Part shown: piece after piece, positions 25,748 to 38,370 of the stretch | Numbering within the stretch: position 1 is the first letter of the stretch | Layout of the letters: the number at the start of each line of letters is the position of its first letter | Assembly (NCBI RefSeq): GCF_001194135.2 | Contig: NC_068995.1 | Coordinates: 20,778,679 to 20,842,678 of the forward strand | DNA: 64,000 nt | Reading direction: 5' to 3' | Origin: Octopus bimaculoides | Taxonomy: Eukaryota | Position numbers and translations under genes: made by a program | The notes under the pieces: model-generated | The model's input: the letters and a program-made list of their open reading frames with translations, nothing else | Database searches by the model: none | What the model was told of the DNA's origin: nothing

Positions 25748-26351
25748 TTGAATTCAAATTTTGGCACAGGGCCAGCAATGTTTAGCGGTTGGGTAAGTCG
25801 ATTATAAACCACGAAAAGATGAAAGGCAAAGTCGACCTCGCGCGGAATTTGAACTCACAACGTAAAGACAGACAAAATCAGCAAAGCATTTTGCCCGGCG
25901 GGGTTAATGATTCTGGCAACCTGGGCCGGATTAAGATCCATCGAGGCCCTTAGCACCTAAAATACTTTCGTGCCCCCATAAAAGATTATGTAATTCAAAC
26001 TATAAACAATAACAAACCATAAAATAAATTTTTATTTTTCAAAACGAAACAAAACAATAAGATGGGAAATAATGTTTATTTTTGTGTACTTCCACTTTAT
26101 TTATATTTGAAAAGTTTCCTCCTACTTTTTTGAATTGCAAAATCTTTGATCAGAACCTCAAAATTAATCTTAGATAACACACCTGTATCTATACTTAGCA
26201 GAGATAAAGACATACCGAATATTATTTTAACAAGTTTATAGTGATTTTTTTTGTGCGATAAACCATCTACCATTTCTGTGGTGCCCCCGCTTTAAGCACG
26301 TGCTTATTTTGCTTAATCGTTAATCCAGCGCTGCTGGCAGGTCGCCGCCCT
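25748..26351 (-). mobile_element. SINE family A split by a hAT element (SINE parts 25748-25920 and 26334-26351)
   Basis: SINE body ends ..gattctggcaac and the head resumes ctggcaggtcgccgccctt after the insert. Confidence 0.8.
25921..26333 (-). mobile_element. Non-autonomous hAT element (413 bp) retaining a transposase C-terminal dimerisation-domain relic
   Basis: TIRs ctgggccggattaa / ttaatccagcgctg; 8-bp TSD ctggcaac / ctggcagg; minus strand SLSLLSIDTGVLSKINFEVLIKDFAIQK(SRRK). Confidence 0.8.
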
Positions 26352-26939
26352 TTATGGCGATGTAATTACATGTAATAATATGTTGTTGCTTATCCTTGAG
26401 TCACATCTGATTAAGCAGACTTATAATCAAACATTCCAGTCACTATCAGGAAAAAAAAAATAGGGTGTGTAGTTGTACTGTCTGCTCTCCTGTTCTCGAA
26501 CCTATCGGTGTGAAAGCTTCCTTCTTAACTATTGGTGATAAGGATTGTTGTTTAGCTGTAAATCAGCCTTAATTAAACAGGCTAGTGGTCTTAGCCATTC
26601 TAGCTGCGACCATGAGGAATTCTCTAAGCACAGAAAATGCTTGTGATTATATAAAAGAAAAACGATAAAAGCTGGGAAAGTAGATTTTTGTCTGATATTT
26701 CTGGATGGACTGTCGATCACGTAGAGACTGTGTAGTTTGCTGGTCAGAAAGGTTGTTAATGATAGCGTGGGATGTGATGATAACGACTGTGATGATAGCA
26801 TTGGTGACTGATGGTGACGATTATGACACTTCTACTGATGACGGACGAATAATAGCGATACTAGCGTGGCAATGGTATCGCACATCACATTCCGTAAACT
26901 AAATCCTGATAGCAATAATGGTGAAAATAGAGATTGGAC

Positions 26940-27650
26940 CATTGCGATGTATCGATAAAATGTATTGATGCGAAGTTTCGATATGATGCACTTAGGAGAT
27001 ACATCGATTCATCGGCACGATGTATCGATGTGATGCATCGATATGATCCATCGATGTGATTTATCGATATAATGTACTGATATGATCGATCGATGTGATC
27101 CATTTATATTATATAGCGATATAGGAGATCGATGTGATCTATTGATATAATTTATCGATGTAATGTGCTGATATGATTCAATATGATGTATCGAGATGAC
27201 GTTTCGACGTGATATATTGAGATACAGATACGAAGTATTGATGTGAAATATCGATATGATGTACCGACGTGATAATCAATGCATCGCTATGATTGTTAAT
27301 GCGATGTATCGATATGACGCATCGATGTGATGTACCAATGTAATCTATCGATACAATGCAGTGTTTGATGTTTTGATGTGATGTTTGAATACGAAGAACT
27401 GATGAGTTGTTTTATTGTTTTGGACCGACATAATTAGATTGTCTATCGACATGATGTAACAATGTTTAATGCAGCTGAATTGTTGTGATGTATTGTTATG
27501 GTACATCGATATGCTAAATCGATGTGATATATCAAAGTTCTGTACCAATGTGATATATGTTATAGCTATACATACACACATCCGTCCATATATATGTATA
27601 TGTCATATCGATGGAATATTTCGATGTGAGGAATCGATCTGATGGTTAAC
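26940..27650. repeat. Degenerate 13-bp tandem repeat ATCGATRTGATNN
   Basis: e.g. atcgatgtgatgc atcgatatgatcc atcgatgtgattt atcgatataatgt. Confidence 0.75.
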
Positions 27651-27970
27651 TTCAAATACAATTGTTACATTATATTAAAGAACTGAATTTCCTGATTTTG
27701 ATCCCTCAATTGAATATCCCTGTTACGACGTTGATATCGTAACACCTATATAGCTTATCCAACATAAAGTGATTGCTGTACGATAAATATCCTATAAGTA
27801 TTTATAAGGGGCAACTAAGCAGTTATGAATATGGTAGTCCTATATGCTTAAAATGATATTTTATTTGAATAGAAGAGAAGAAATGAACTCTATGATGGAT
27901 GTCACTCATATTCTAGTCAACATCTGATCATGCTACAAAATACCTAAAATGAATGCCATAACTTCACATT

Positions 27971-28841
27971 CACAGGGTGCTCGGATTAAATTTGGCAGTG
28001 TGCCTAAAAGGAAACGAAAACACATCCAAAGATAAAAGTATTTTAAAAATTCAAAAGCTGTCAACTAGATTGGGGCGGGGAGATAACAGTCAACTCAAAG
28101 TAGCCGCCCTCAGCTTCATTCATGGACTGAAGACAGCTACGGAACCAGGTGCGTGCTTTCCTCACAGTGTTCTTGCGGAGATCACCGAACAACCACTTGA
28201 CTTGGTATTGCATGCACAGTGGTTGGGGTCTTTCTTAACTGCGACCAACACACAATAAACCATGAGATTACAATCAAGAGAATTAAGAGGCCAGAAATTG
28301 AGGCTGGTGAAGTCATAGGAATGCTCCGACAACCATTCCTCATTCTTTCTGGAGGTATAGCAAGGAACTGAATCCTATTGCCTCGCGTATGACCTGCCAC
28401 CAGTAACCTTCCCTAGCCAAGGATTGATCATAGTCTCCATCAGCTTCACTTAGCCGTCTGAATTGAGCTTAAAAACCTGTTCAAATATGTGGGGCGGCAT
28501 TACGTCGACTTCACTAAAGGTACTCTAAAAAAACCATTACAGTTTGAGGGAACCTGGTTTTCATGATGTTTATATCACGTCATACAACCTTTACAATGTT
28601 CGCAGATCATTGACTAGCTCTCATGAAATCGGCATTTGGATTTCCGGTGCGAAACATCCCGATACAGGTAACTCTTTTCCAATAGTCAGACTGCTTCCAA
28701 TCCTGCATGTCAGCTAACTTTTTGTCAAATACAACTTTAATCTTTAGGATCTCCAGCATCGTTGACAGTTCACCAATAGATCATGCTGTCTCTGAAAAAA
28801 GGAGAGAAAATATCGTCAAATCAATCTCCGAATCCCCTATG
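27971..28841 (-). mobile_element. Internally deleted DD37D (maT-like) Tc1/mariner relic
   Basis: MQDWKQSDYWKR start (ATG 28708), MKTRFPQTVMVF, VMPPHIFEQ, RQ*DSVPCYTSRK, WPLNSLDCNLM; degenerate TIRs cacagggtgctcgga / catagggg.ttcgga. Confidence 0.8.
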
Positions 28842-30027
28842 AGAGCATTTAAGTCTGCTTTGCATCTAAGACATTATAAGTATTGCAAGATAAGCATTTC
28901 AGTTAGCGAGTTAGAAAACAGGAGATTCGACATACTGCGAAAAATACGGACTCTCAAAAGCTGTAGTCGGCTTTGCTCGTGTGTATTCATATCTGAATTA
29001 ATTATCACACGAATTCTCTAGATCTAGCATGAATTGCTTTGAAAAGCTGTTAATAATATTCACTTAGTCCAGAGTTATTCATTCACTCAGAATCCATTGT
29101 AGCTATGCAATTCAGAAAATGGTTCAAGATGAGATTTATGAAGATGCTCAAGAAGAAACATAGAAGCAAAATATTTTATTCTTATATTCTAAGGGAAAAG
29201 ATCTCATTTTTTTCAAAACACCGTTCAAATCTATACAAGTACTCTCAATAAATCATTTTTCTATTCAGCAATATTTTACAATAATATATTGCAGTGATTG
29301 GAGACATACAATATTGTTAGTTCTTCTTCTCTCAGGAACTAAAAGAAAGAGATTTCATAAAATATCTTTAAAAATATATAACCACTTTGGAAGATATGTC
29401 ACCATTAAAAATTTCAATTAGCTAGGTTTAAAAACGTAGCCTTCAATTAGGAACATATATGTATATATATATANNNNNNNNNNNNNNNNNNNNNNNNNNN
29501 NNNNNNNNNNNNNNNNNNNNNNNNNNNNNNNNNGTAATTTTATGAGGATACTTTTCCCGATGAAGGGGACGTTGTCCACATGGTTTGTAAGATTTATTAA
29601 TTTTTCTACCAGGACATAAGCTCTAGAAACGGCCGTTGAAAGTGAACCTCCTCGAACTGTATCCCACATGGGTTTTATTTACATGTATTTTTATGTATAT
29701 TTATATATATATATATTTATGAATATTTAACAAAACTATTCATGTGTCGATATGTATTAATATATGTATACGCATTTTAAGTCGAATTTATAAATGTATG
29801 AGCATGAGTGCCTAATATTAATTCTTATATAGATATATTTTTTAAATTCATTTTATTTCTTATATATATATATGTTCTTTATTTGTGAATTAAGGCTACC
29901 ATTAGTTTCATGTTAAGAAAAGTAGGTAAATATCCTAGCGTCTTAGCAACTTTTCAAGCCGATCACATAGATAAAGGTGTTCGCATCCATTTTGGAAAAC
30001 AGTCTCACTTCGTTCACAAGATTTCTC

Positions 30028-30073
<46 letters not shown>

Positions 30074-30131
30074 TAACAACAATAACAACAATAATAATAA
30101 TAATAATGATGATGATGATGATGATGATAAT

Positions 30132-30305
30132 ACGCAATAAAGAAGACTGTGACTGTTATCAAATGAACGATATTTCGACATCTCGTGTGTCTTCCACAGG
30201 TTCAAAAATAGACTTCTCAATCTACTTCATTTTGAACCTGTGGTAGACACACGAGGTGTCGAAGTATCGTTCATTTGATAAGAGTCGCACTCTTCTTTAT
30301 TGCGT
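30132..30305. mobile_element. 174-bp fold-back palindrome (76-bp arms, 22-nt loop) made of two head-to-head HHR-derived units
   Basis: Arms 30132-30207 and 30230-30305 with 6 mismatches; each arm has a helix I / core / helix II / GAA(A/G) / UAUC layout. Confidence 0.8.
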
Positions 30306-30340
30306 CTTTAATTTTTGGAGGAGTAACCTCAATCCTACAA

Positions 30341-30398
<58 letters not shown>

Positions 30399-30411
30399 TT
30401 AATAATAATAA

Positions 30412-30844
30412 TTGATAATTGGTTCTGTGAAGACCTACCAAAATCTGAGCAAGTATAAAGATCTTGAACTAGAAATTGGCAAAATGTGGAACCTCAAGAC
30501 TAAAACATTACCTGTTGTCATAGGTTTCCTAAGAATGATAGCAAAAGGTGCTGATTGCTACCTAGCTCAGTTACCAGGAAACCCCAGAATGGCAAAAATT
30601 CAAAAGATAATGCTCATGGGAACTGTCCATATCCTACGTAAGATGCTGTCTATGTAATCTCAAATTTTAAAACAAAATCATCATTTTCTTATGTTTTCTT
30701 AAACATTCTCTAGAAAATACTATGTGCCAAACTAAATATATGACGCCCTAAGCATAACACCAACATGAACTTCTAACTTGTTGTCTCTTGAGGTCTCTGG
30801 GTGAGACTTGGAGCCAACTTGTACAAATACAAAGCAAAAGTTAA

Positions 30845-30847
<3 letters not shown>
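30412..30847 (+). mobile_element. RLE-type LINE (R4/Dong-like) 3' fragment in a (TAA)n tract
   Basis: LSKYKDLELEIGKMWNLKTKTLPVVIG..GTVHILRKMLSM* followed by a 3' UTR and (TAA)n on both sides. Confidence 0.85.
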
Positions 30848-30909
<62 letters not shown>

Positions 30910-30916
30910 TTAATAA

Positions 30917-31000
30917 GCAAACCACAGCACATACCCAAGGCGCACAGAGCTGCGCTCGGTAGTGAAGTGAAAGCACGTTATAAAAATAAAACTACTGAAC
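30917..31000 (+). mobile_element. Short 3' end of a second RLE LINE family between TAA tracts
   Basis: Last about 50 bp identical to 32181-32232. Confidence 0.7.
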
Positions 31001-31208
31001 AATAATAATAATTAATTCGGTTTATTGGCCACAAGGGCTAATATCAATTGAAAACATATAAGGACAAAGACAGGACGAAGGTTACAAAAGGTTTTGTCCG
31101 AAAAGGTAGGAAAGTTCGTCTAAACAGAGGAAGAAAACGGAGAAAGATATAATGAATAAATAGATAAATAAATAGATAAATAAATAAGTAGAAACCCCNN
31201 NNNNNNNN

Positions 31209-31440
31209 ACAAGTGTATTCTCAGAATTGGTCCGTTTATACTGGCCATTCTTCCAACAGTCACCCATCTTTCAACGAATTTGCTATGAGACAGCACTTCC
31301 CTCTCTACTCTCATCTTCCTTTTCAAGTGGAACTTGAAAAAGTTGATGAGGCCTTGGCCAAAGAGGAAAGTGTCTGTCTTTAGCCCTTTCAAACGGGTCC
31401 ACCATATCACCTCTTTCGCTACAGCCACTAGGCATAGGAA
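31209..31440 (-). mobile_element. Probable LINE ORF2 C-terminal fragment (L1/Tx1-like)
   Basis: IWWTRLKGLKTDTFLFGQGLINFFKFHLKRKMRVEREVLSHSKFVERW resembles the region downstream of the Tx1-type zinc knuckle; family assignment uncertain. Confidence 0.4.
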
Positions 31441-31496
31441 AATTGCAATAATAATAATAATAATAATAATAATGATGATGATAAAAATGATAATAA

Positions 31497-31686
31497 TGGT
31501 TTCAAATTTTGCCACGAGGGCAGCCATTTTGGTGTAGGGGGTGTGTCGATTACATCGACCCCAATGTTCAACTGCTACATAATTTATCGATCCCGAAAGG
31601 ATGAAAGGCAAAGTCGAACTCGGCAGAATTTGAAATACTGCTAAGCATTTCGCCCAGCGTGCTTACAATTCTGCCAGCTCGGCGCC

Positions 31687-31689
<3 letters not shown>
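31497..31689 (-). mobile_element. SINE family A with internal deletion
   Basis: gatgaaaggcaaagtcgaactcggc..ctaagcatttcgcc..ttctgccagctcggcgcctt. Confidence 0.85.
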
Positions 31690-31723
<34 letters not shown>

Positions 31724-31726
31724 TTT

Positions 31727-32222
31727 TAAAAAAATGCTTTCTAATTGATGTATCAATACCAGCAGATGACAACGTTTCTCGAAAAGAAATGGAAAAACTT
31801 TCAAAATACAAAGACCTGGAAATAGAGATAACTCGAATGTGGAGTCTAAAAACAGAAACAATTCTTATCNNNNNNNNNNNNNNNNNNNNNNNNNNNNNNN
31901 NNNNNNNNNNNNNNNNNNNNNNNNNNNNNNNNNNNNNNNNNNNNNNNNNNNNNNNNNNNNNNNNNNNNNNNNNNNNNNNNNNNNNNNNNNNNNNNNNNNN
32001 NNNNNNNNNNNNNNNNNNNNNNNNNNNNNNNNNNNNNNNNNNNNNNNNNNNNNNNNNNNNNNNNNNNNNNNNNNNNNNNNNNNNNNNNNNNNNNNNNNNN
32101 NNNNNNNNNNNNNNNNNNNNNNNNNNNNNNNNNNNNNNNNNNNNNNNNNNNNNNNNNNNNNNNNNNNNNNNNNNNNNNNNGGTAGTGAAGTGAAAGCACG
32201 TTATAAAAATAAAACTACTGAA
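31727..32222 (+). mobile_element. RLE-type LINE (R4/Dong-like) 3' fragment spanning a gap
   Basis: KKCFLIDVSIPADDNVSRKEMEKLSKYKDLEIEITRMWSLKTETI; ends in (TAA)n. Confidence 0.85.
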
Positions 32223-32243
32223 CAATAATAATAATAATGATAA

Positions 32244-32314
<71 letters not shown>

Positions 32315-34006
32315 ATAACTATAATAATAATTGTAATGGTGTTGATTGCACTAGTAATAATAGCAATAGTGAAAAAAGTAATAATACTAAGGATGACAAT
32401 AAATATAGCAGTATTCTTGCCTCCGATGTAACATAGTTAATAATTTTAATCCTAGTTTAGCTGAACTAACTCACCCTGTTTTTGATACTTTACATGAAGT
32501 TAATTCTATCAGTGAAATTGAGAGCATATTTAACCCATAGGAATAATATTGATTATGACATTGCTAATAATCCTGTTTTAACACCTGGTTCTTAGAGTAG
32601 ATTCAGTATTAATTCCTTTAACCATGAGTGCCAGGTACGAGTGAATAAACTCCTTTATAATTTCAGAACAGTCTTACGTGTTCTTTAGAAAATCAATGTT
32701 TAAAGAAGAATATTTATGTATAGTTATTATTGGGGATCGTATTACATATGTTCTTCTGCAACAGTTTGAAAATCTGGATTACATAACCATTATTCTTCAT
32801 TTAACTTTAGGAAGAAATGTAATTCTACGAATCTTAATAAATACATTCGGTATTTGAAAGACACGAATATTAAATACAATATAAATTATTAGTTACGTTC
32901 CATCGTATAATACTATTAATTTTAAATGTGATCTTTGCCTATAGGAAATGTATTATGTGATTACTCCATAATCAAAATTATTATATTGTAGAACCAGTCT
33001 TGTGCTGAAATATTCCCATAAGTATAGAAAAACATTTAAATATTTCAATAGTAAATAACTCTTTCAATATAATTGTTTTGCGTTCACGAAGATCTTAATG
33101 TAACTAGGAATTCCGTAACATGAGATAGTTAGCGTCCATGCTACGTGAGATTTATGGGAAAATATATCTTACATTACAGAATTGCATAATGCAGCCAGAT
33201 TTTCTGTACTATTTCTGCTTCCAAAAGTGTGCCCATGCGTTTAGGATTGTGGTCTTAGCGATCTAAACATGAGGGCAAATATCTTCACTCTAGTGAAATC
33301 ATGTGAGTCACCTTATATATATAAATTCACACGCACATATACACATATAGACATGCAGGCACAAGCGGGTGGGTTATAACGTTTGTTAGACTTGGATTGG
33401 CCCCTCTATGAGAAATTGGGAAGAATATAGAAGGCCATCGGATATCATGTACCTGCAATTCAGAGGACCAGCATTTTCGTATAGTATTTCACACTTGTTC
33501 CGACTGTAATAATGTGAAGATAGTCCTGTTGGTTTAGCAAGTGATATAGTCATCTTCGACACCGACAGAGGATCGATTTCTTATATATACTTATACGCGG
33601 ATATATATATTTATATACACATACACACATGTATGCGTCTATGTATATGTATGTATTTATGTTTGTATGTATGTATACGTATATATCTATATTTTGCATG
33701 TGTGTATGTATATGTATGCATGTGTGTATGTATCCATGTGTATGCGTGTATGTGTGCATTGATCTTTAATATAGATACAAGGCCAGCATCGTTGGGAGAT
33801 GTGAAAGAAAGGCTCATCAATTAATCTCTCCGGTATTCCACTGAAGATATAGAAAGAAAGAGTTTTACAAAGAAAGAGTAAAGTAAGTTAAGTTAGATTG
33901 ATTTTATCGACCCCTGGAAGATGAAAGACAAAGTAGACCCGGGGGTAAGGGATTTGAACTCACTTAAATCCTGACTGTTTTCCTGCTACTAAATTTTCTT
34001 TCCCCT

Positions 34007-34038
<32 letters not shown>

Positions 34039-34615
34039 TGTCTCTGTCTACTTTTCTGTCTGCACCTCGCTTCTATCTCCTCAGTTCATCTCTCTGTTTC
34101 ACTGCTTTTCTCTGTCTCTTTGTCACTATTTCTATTTCTACCTTTCTGGAGCTCTATCTTTCACCACCACTGTCTCTAATTTTCTCTATCACTATCTCCG
34201 TTTCACTTACACCCACGTTCTGTGCCATTCTGAGTCTATTTCTTTCAATCACTGTAAACATCTCTCTGTTGCTTCAACTTTCTTTCACATTATATAGTAT
34301 ATCTTCAGTTGTCTTTTCTGCCCTTGTCTCTATATCTCTCGTTATATCTCTCTCTGTCGCCGTATATCTTTATTGGTTTTCTCTCTTAACCACATTCTGT
34401 TCCTGTCTCTCCTGCTTTTCCCCATTGTATAATATTCTCTCTGTTCTTTCTTCTGTGTGTGCCTATTTTTATAACTGCAGCTATCCTTCTCCTTGTCTAT
34501 TTATATGGTTGTCGATGTATATATTAATTTCTAATATAAGCACAAAACCTCAGAACTGTGAGAAAGCTTATGATAGACTAAACCGACACTAGTACTTGCC
34601 TTGTGCATTATAATA

Positions 34616-34822
34616 TTGGTTTCAAATTTTGTAACAATCTCAGCAGTTACAGGGAGGGGGTAAGTGTATTACATCATCCTCAGGGGTCAACTGGTACTTA
34701 TTTTTATCAAACCGAAAAGAATGAAAGGCAAAGTCAAATCGGCGGATTTTGAACTCAGAACGTTAAGAAATGCCGTTAAGTATTTGCCCGGTTTGCTAAC
34801 GATTCTGCCAGTTAGCCACCTT
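34616..34822 (-). mobile_element. SINE family A
   Basis: caactggtactta..atgaaaggcaaagtc..tttgaactcagaacgt..ctaacgattctgccag. Confidence 0.85.
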
Positions 34823-35024
34823 CTAGTACTTTATTGTACTTTATAGTACTTTATAGTACTTTATTGACCATGGTAGAATGACCTCGAAATTAATTGAACT
34901 TAGAACTGTAACTAAATACTAAAGGGAAATTAGTGAAATACCAATCCACTATTCACTCAGATTCTATAACAAAAAACAAATATATTTTAATAAAACACTT
35001 GTGCACATGTTTCTCTCTTGTATC

Positions 35025-35058
35025 CTGACGAAATATTTGAGCTGCTCTGTGAAACGTC
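35025..35058 (+). other. Hammerhead-core remnant with degenerate helices
   Basis: CTGACGA..GAAACGTC present, but helix I and II do not pair well. Confidence 0.35.
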
Positions 35059-35469
35059 AAATCTCTGATTTTCGGTTTATCTTTTCATCATATATTGTAG
35101 ATACGAAGAACCTTTTCTCTCAATGTTTGTCATCATTTTAAAATGATTTATGAACGAAATGGTAAGGATTTCTTTTGAGAAACAAGACCGTCATTCACCA
35201 TTTTTTGTTCCTACGGCTATCATTACACCTTTATGTCGTACTTTTATGTTGTACTTTTATGTTAGAAAGTAAGTCTAAGAGATTATACTGGAGCCTCTCC
35301 ATTTGGTTCCACTACATCAGATTTTCTTTTAGAGTCAGTAAAACTAAAAACTTTAAATCGAGGTTCCTATTTAGATGGCATTGTTTGTTGCTCTTTAATC
35401 CAAGACCAACCATGAATGAACAGAACACTTATTAAACTTGTGATCATCCTGTTTTTGTTTAACACAGTC

Positions 35470-36500
35470 ATCGTCAAACTACAGTATATGTTCTCGATAA
35501 CCAATCTTCTAACATCGTTCTATAAATCTCCTTTCAGCATCGATAGCTGCTTCCATGCAAGACCGGAAACGTTGACATGCCTGTGCTAAATGTCCCTTAT
35601 CCATTTCGGACATGACGGCCTTCATTGAAACTATGGTTGTGTGAATAAGTTGATTAATTTCCTTGTCAGCATCGTTTCAAACGTAGTAATCTATGAGATT
35701 TAAATATGGTAAATTGGATAAGCCACAGATCTGGAGTTACAAATGATAACGATTGTCTAACAACATCCATTGTTGGGTTACGTGTGGCTTTGTGAGAAAG
35801 TGCTGAGTCTTGCTGAAACACGCAGGGCCTTACACTGTGTACTCCTTCCATCCAGAGCTTAACTATCTTCAGCATATCAGCTTATCCAGCAACAATAACT
35901 ACTACCTTGTAGAAGGATTTGAGATGGCGTGACATTACGGTCGTTACTCAACCACTTCTAATACCAATCCAGTTGCTGAAAACTTAATGTGAATTACTAA
36001 AGGCGTCATCACAAGTATTTGTACGTAACCATTTGTCATTTCTTCTGTTATACTTTAGTTCTCATCCAAGTTTTTCTTATCAAAGAAGAACCAAAATATA
36101 TCGTTGACGGTGTTTAACCGTGTTAGGTAACGGCTTGAGACGGATCAGATAGTTTTCTTGTGACTTTGAAGACATAAATTGGCCTTTCCTCAATACACGC
36201 GACTTCTATCGTATGCCCACATGAACCTTAGTTCTGATAGTTAAATTTGACACCTGTCTTCTGGCGATGACCCTCGCTGATTTTCTGGCAGCATCGATAA
36301 TGTCTTGAATCCGTTTGGTGTACTGCGGTGTCTTTACAATCCCCGAACATTTAAAATGATTTTCTCTTTCATATGGTCGAAAAATTCTGGTCAGAGGTTT
36401 CCAAATCCACCTGAATGTCCGGTACAAAAGATTTTGCACCGTTTAGAAAGTTGTCAATTTTTTAATCACTTTGTCCCGTACACATGACAACAGCAACTGA
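35470..36500 (-). mobile_element. Second DD37D (maT-like) Tc1/mariner transposase relic
   Basis: RVLRKGQFMS, IFWFFFDKKN, KFSATGLVL, MLKIVKLWMEGV..PCVFQQDSALSHKA, MDKGHLAQACQRFRSCMEAAIDAERRFIE; many stops and frameshifts. Confidence 0.8.
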
Positions 36501-36684
36501 ATCACTTATCAGTTACGTGTTCGCATTTTATCTGCCATGAGATATCTGAAAGAAGTAAAATCCTTTTAATTGTTTTGGAGAGTATAATATACCGATAATT
36601 AAGTCCAAGTCCTCAAATACATCTTGCAGACTGCATAACACTCTACTACTCCTATGTCTTTTCCTTCTTTGTATTATTGCCAAG

Positions 36685-36732
<48 letters not shown>

Positions 36733-37399
36733 ACATACATACGTGTGTACATGAATATGCATTCATATACCACAGTTATACATATACACATANNNNNNNN
36801 NNNNNNNNNNNNNNNNNNNNNNNNNNNNNNNNNNNNNNNNNNNNNNNNNNNNNNNNNNNNNNNNNNNNNNNNNNNNNNNNNNNNNNNNNNNNNNNNNNNN
36901 NNNNNNNNNNNNNNNNNNNNNNNNNNNNNNNNNNNNNNNNNNNNNNNNNNNNNNNNNNNNNNNNNNNNNNNNNNNNNNNNNNNNNNNNNNNNNNNNNNNN
37001 NNNNNNNNNNNNNNNNNNNNNNNNNNNNNNNNNNNNNNNNNNNNNNNNNNNNNNNNNNNNNNNNNNNNTATATATATGCATGCATATACGCACACACCAT
37101 GCTAATCTCCTTGCTTCCCTTTCTTGTCTGTAATTCTGTAATTCTTTGTACATAATCTTTTTTTTCTTTTATTATGTATTGAGTTCATTTATTTTTGCCT
37201 TTCTTGCTTTCTGGCTGTCCATTTTTTTTGCTAATCTTTTTCAACGTTTATCTTTCTTTTCCTCTCCTTTCTTTAACTCTTTCCTTCATTTTGAAGTCTT
37301 CCACCGTCTATATTTTAAAATTTTTACAAATTTCGCTGCTGTTTATTTGGTTATTGATCTCATTGCTGTTGTAGTAACTGCAGGTCTTGTTATTTTCTC

Positions 37400-37690
37400 T
37401 TATCTTTGTTGCTATTGTTGTTGTTGTTGTTGTTGTTAGTGATTATGTTTGTATTTATGTTATCTTTTAAATATTGTTATTGGTTGCCATTGCTGTTGAT
37501 GTTGCTATTGATGTTCACGTGTTTTTTTATCATTGATTGTTTGTGCTGTTGTTGTTGGTTGTTGTTCTTCTTAATCATAATCATCATCATCATCATCATC
37601 ATCACCATCATCAACTCCACCACCACCACCACCACCATCACCATCATCATCATCATCATCATCGTCATCGTCGTCGTCGTCATCGTCGTA

Positions 37691-37723
<33 letters not shown>

Positions 37724-38051
37724 GTCATCATCATCACCATCATCATCAAAACCATCATCTTGCACCTCTAAAAACACGAACGTTACCACTACCACATCTA
37801 GCACATCTAAGAAAACCATCTCTAAAACCTCCCATCCCTACCACCACCACGACCACGACCACCACCACGACCACCACCACCACGACCACCTCCACCACTA
37901 CCACCATCACCACTACCACCACCACCACCACCGTCGCCGCCGACGCCGCTGCCAACAGCACCAATCTATCACTTTTATTCAAGACCTTAAACTACAGAAT
38001 TACCTCCACCACCATCACTAAAAGCCTACTACTGCTACTACTACTACTGCA

Positions 38052-38116
<65 letters not shown>

Positions 38117-38289
38117 TGCTGCTGCTGCTGCTGCTGCCGCTGCTGCCGCTGCTGCCGCCGTCGTCGCCGCCGCCGCTTCAGCTTCCACTGCTTTCACTTT
38201 TGTTTTGATTATGCAACAGTATTATGTGCAGGAATGATGTCACTGCAACCTTTGATTACTCAGCACTATTGATCGTCACGGTTTTTCTC

Positions 38290-38346
<57 letters not shown>

Positions 38347-38370
38347 CATTATTATTATTATTATTACGAT
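37400..38370. repeat. About 1-kb compound trinucleotide tract (GTT, CAT, CAC, ACC, ACT, GCT, GCC, ATT)
   Basis: Direct reading. Confidence 0.9.

Noticed and set aside
29538-29600. FYEDTFPDEGDVVHMVCKIY, resembling the eIF2-alpha N-terminus
   Set aside because: Only 20 residues, followed by a stop with no continuation of the S1-domain sequence; next to a gap; likely chance.
37537-38208. 223-aa poly-His/Thr/Leu ORF
   Set aside because: Entirely a compound trinucleotide tract, open in several frames and on both strands.
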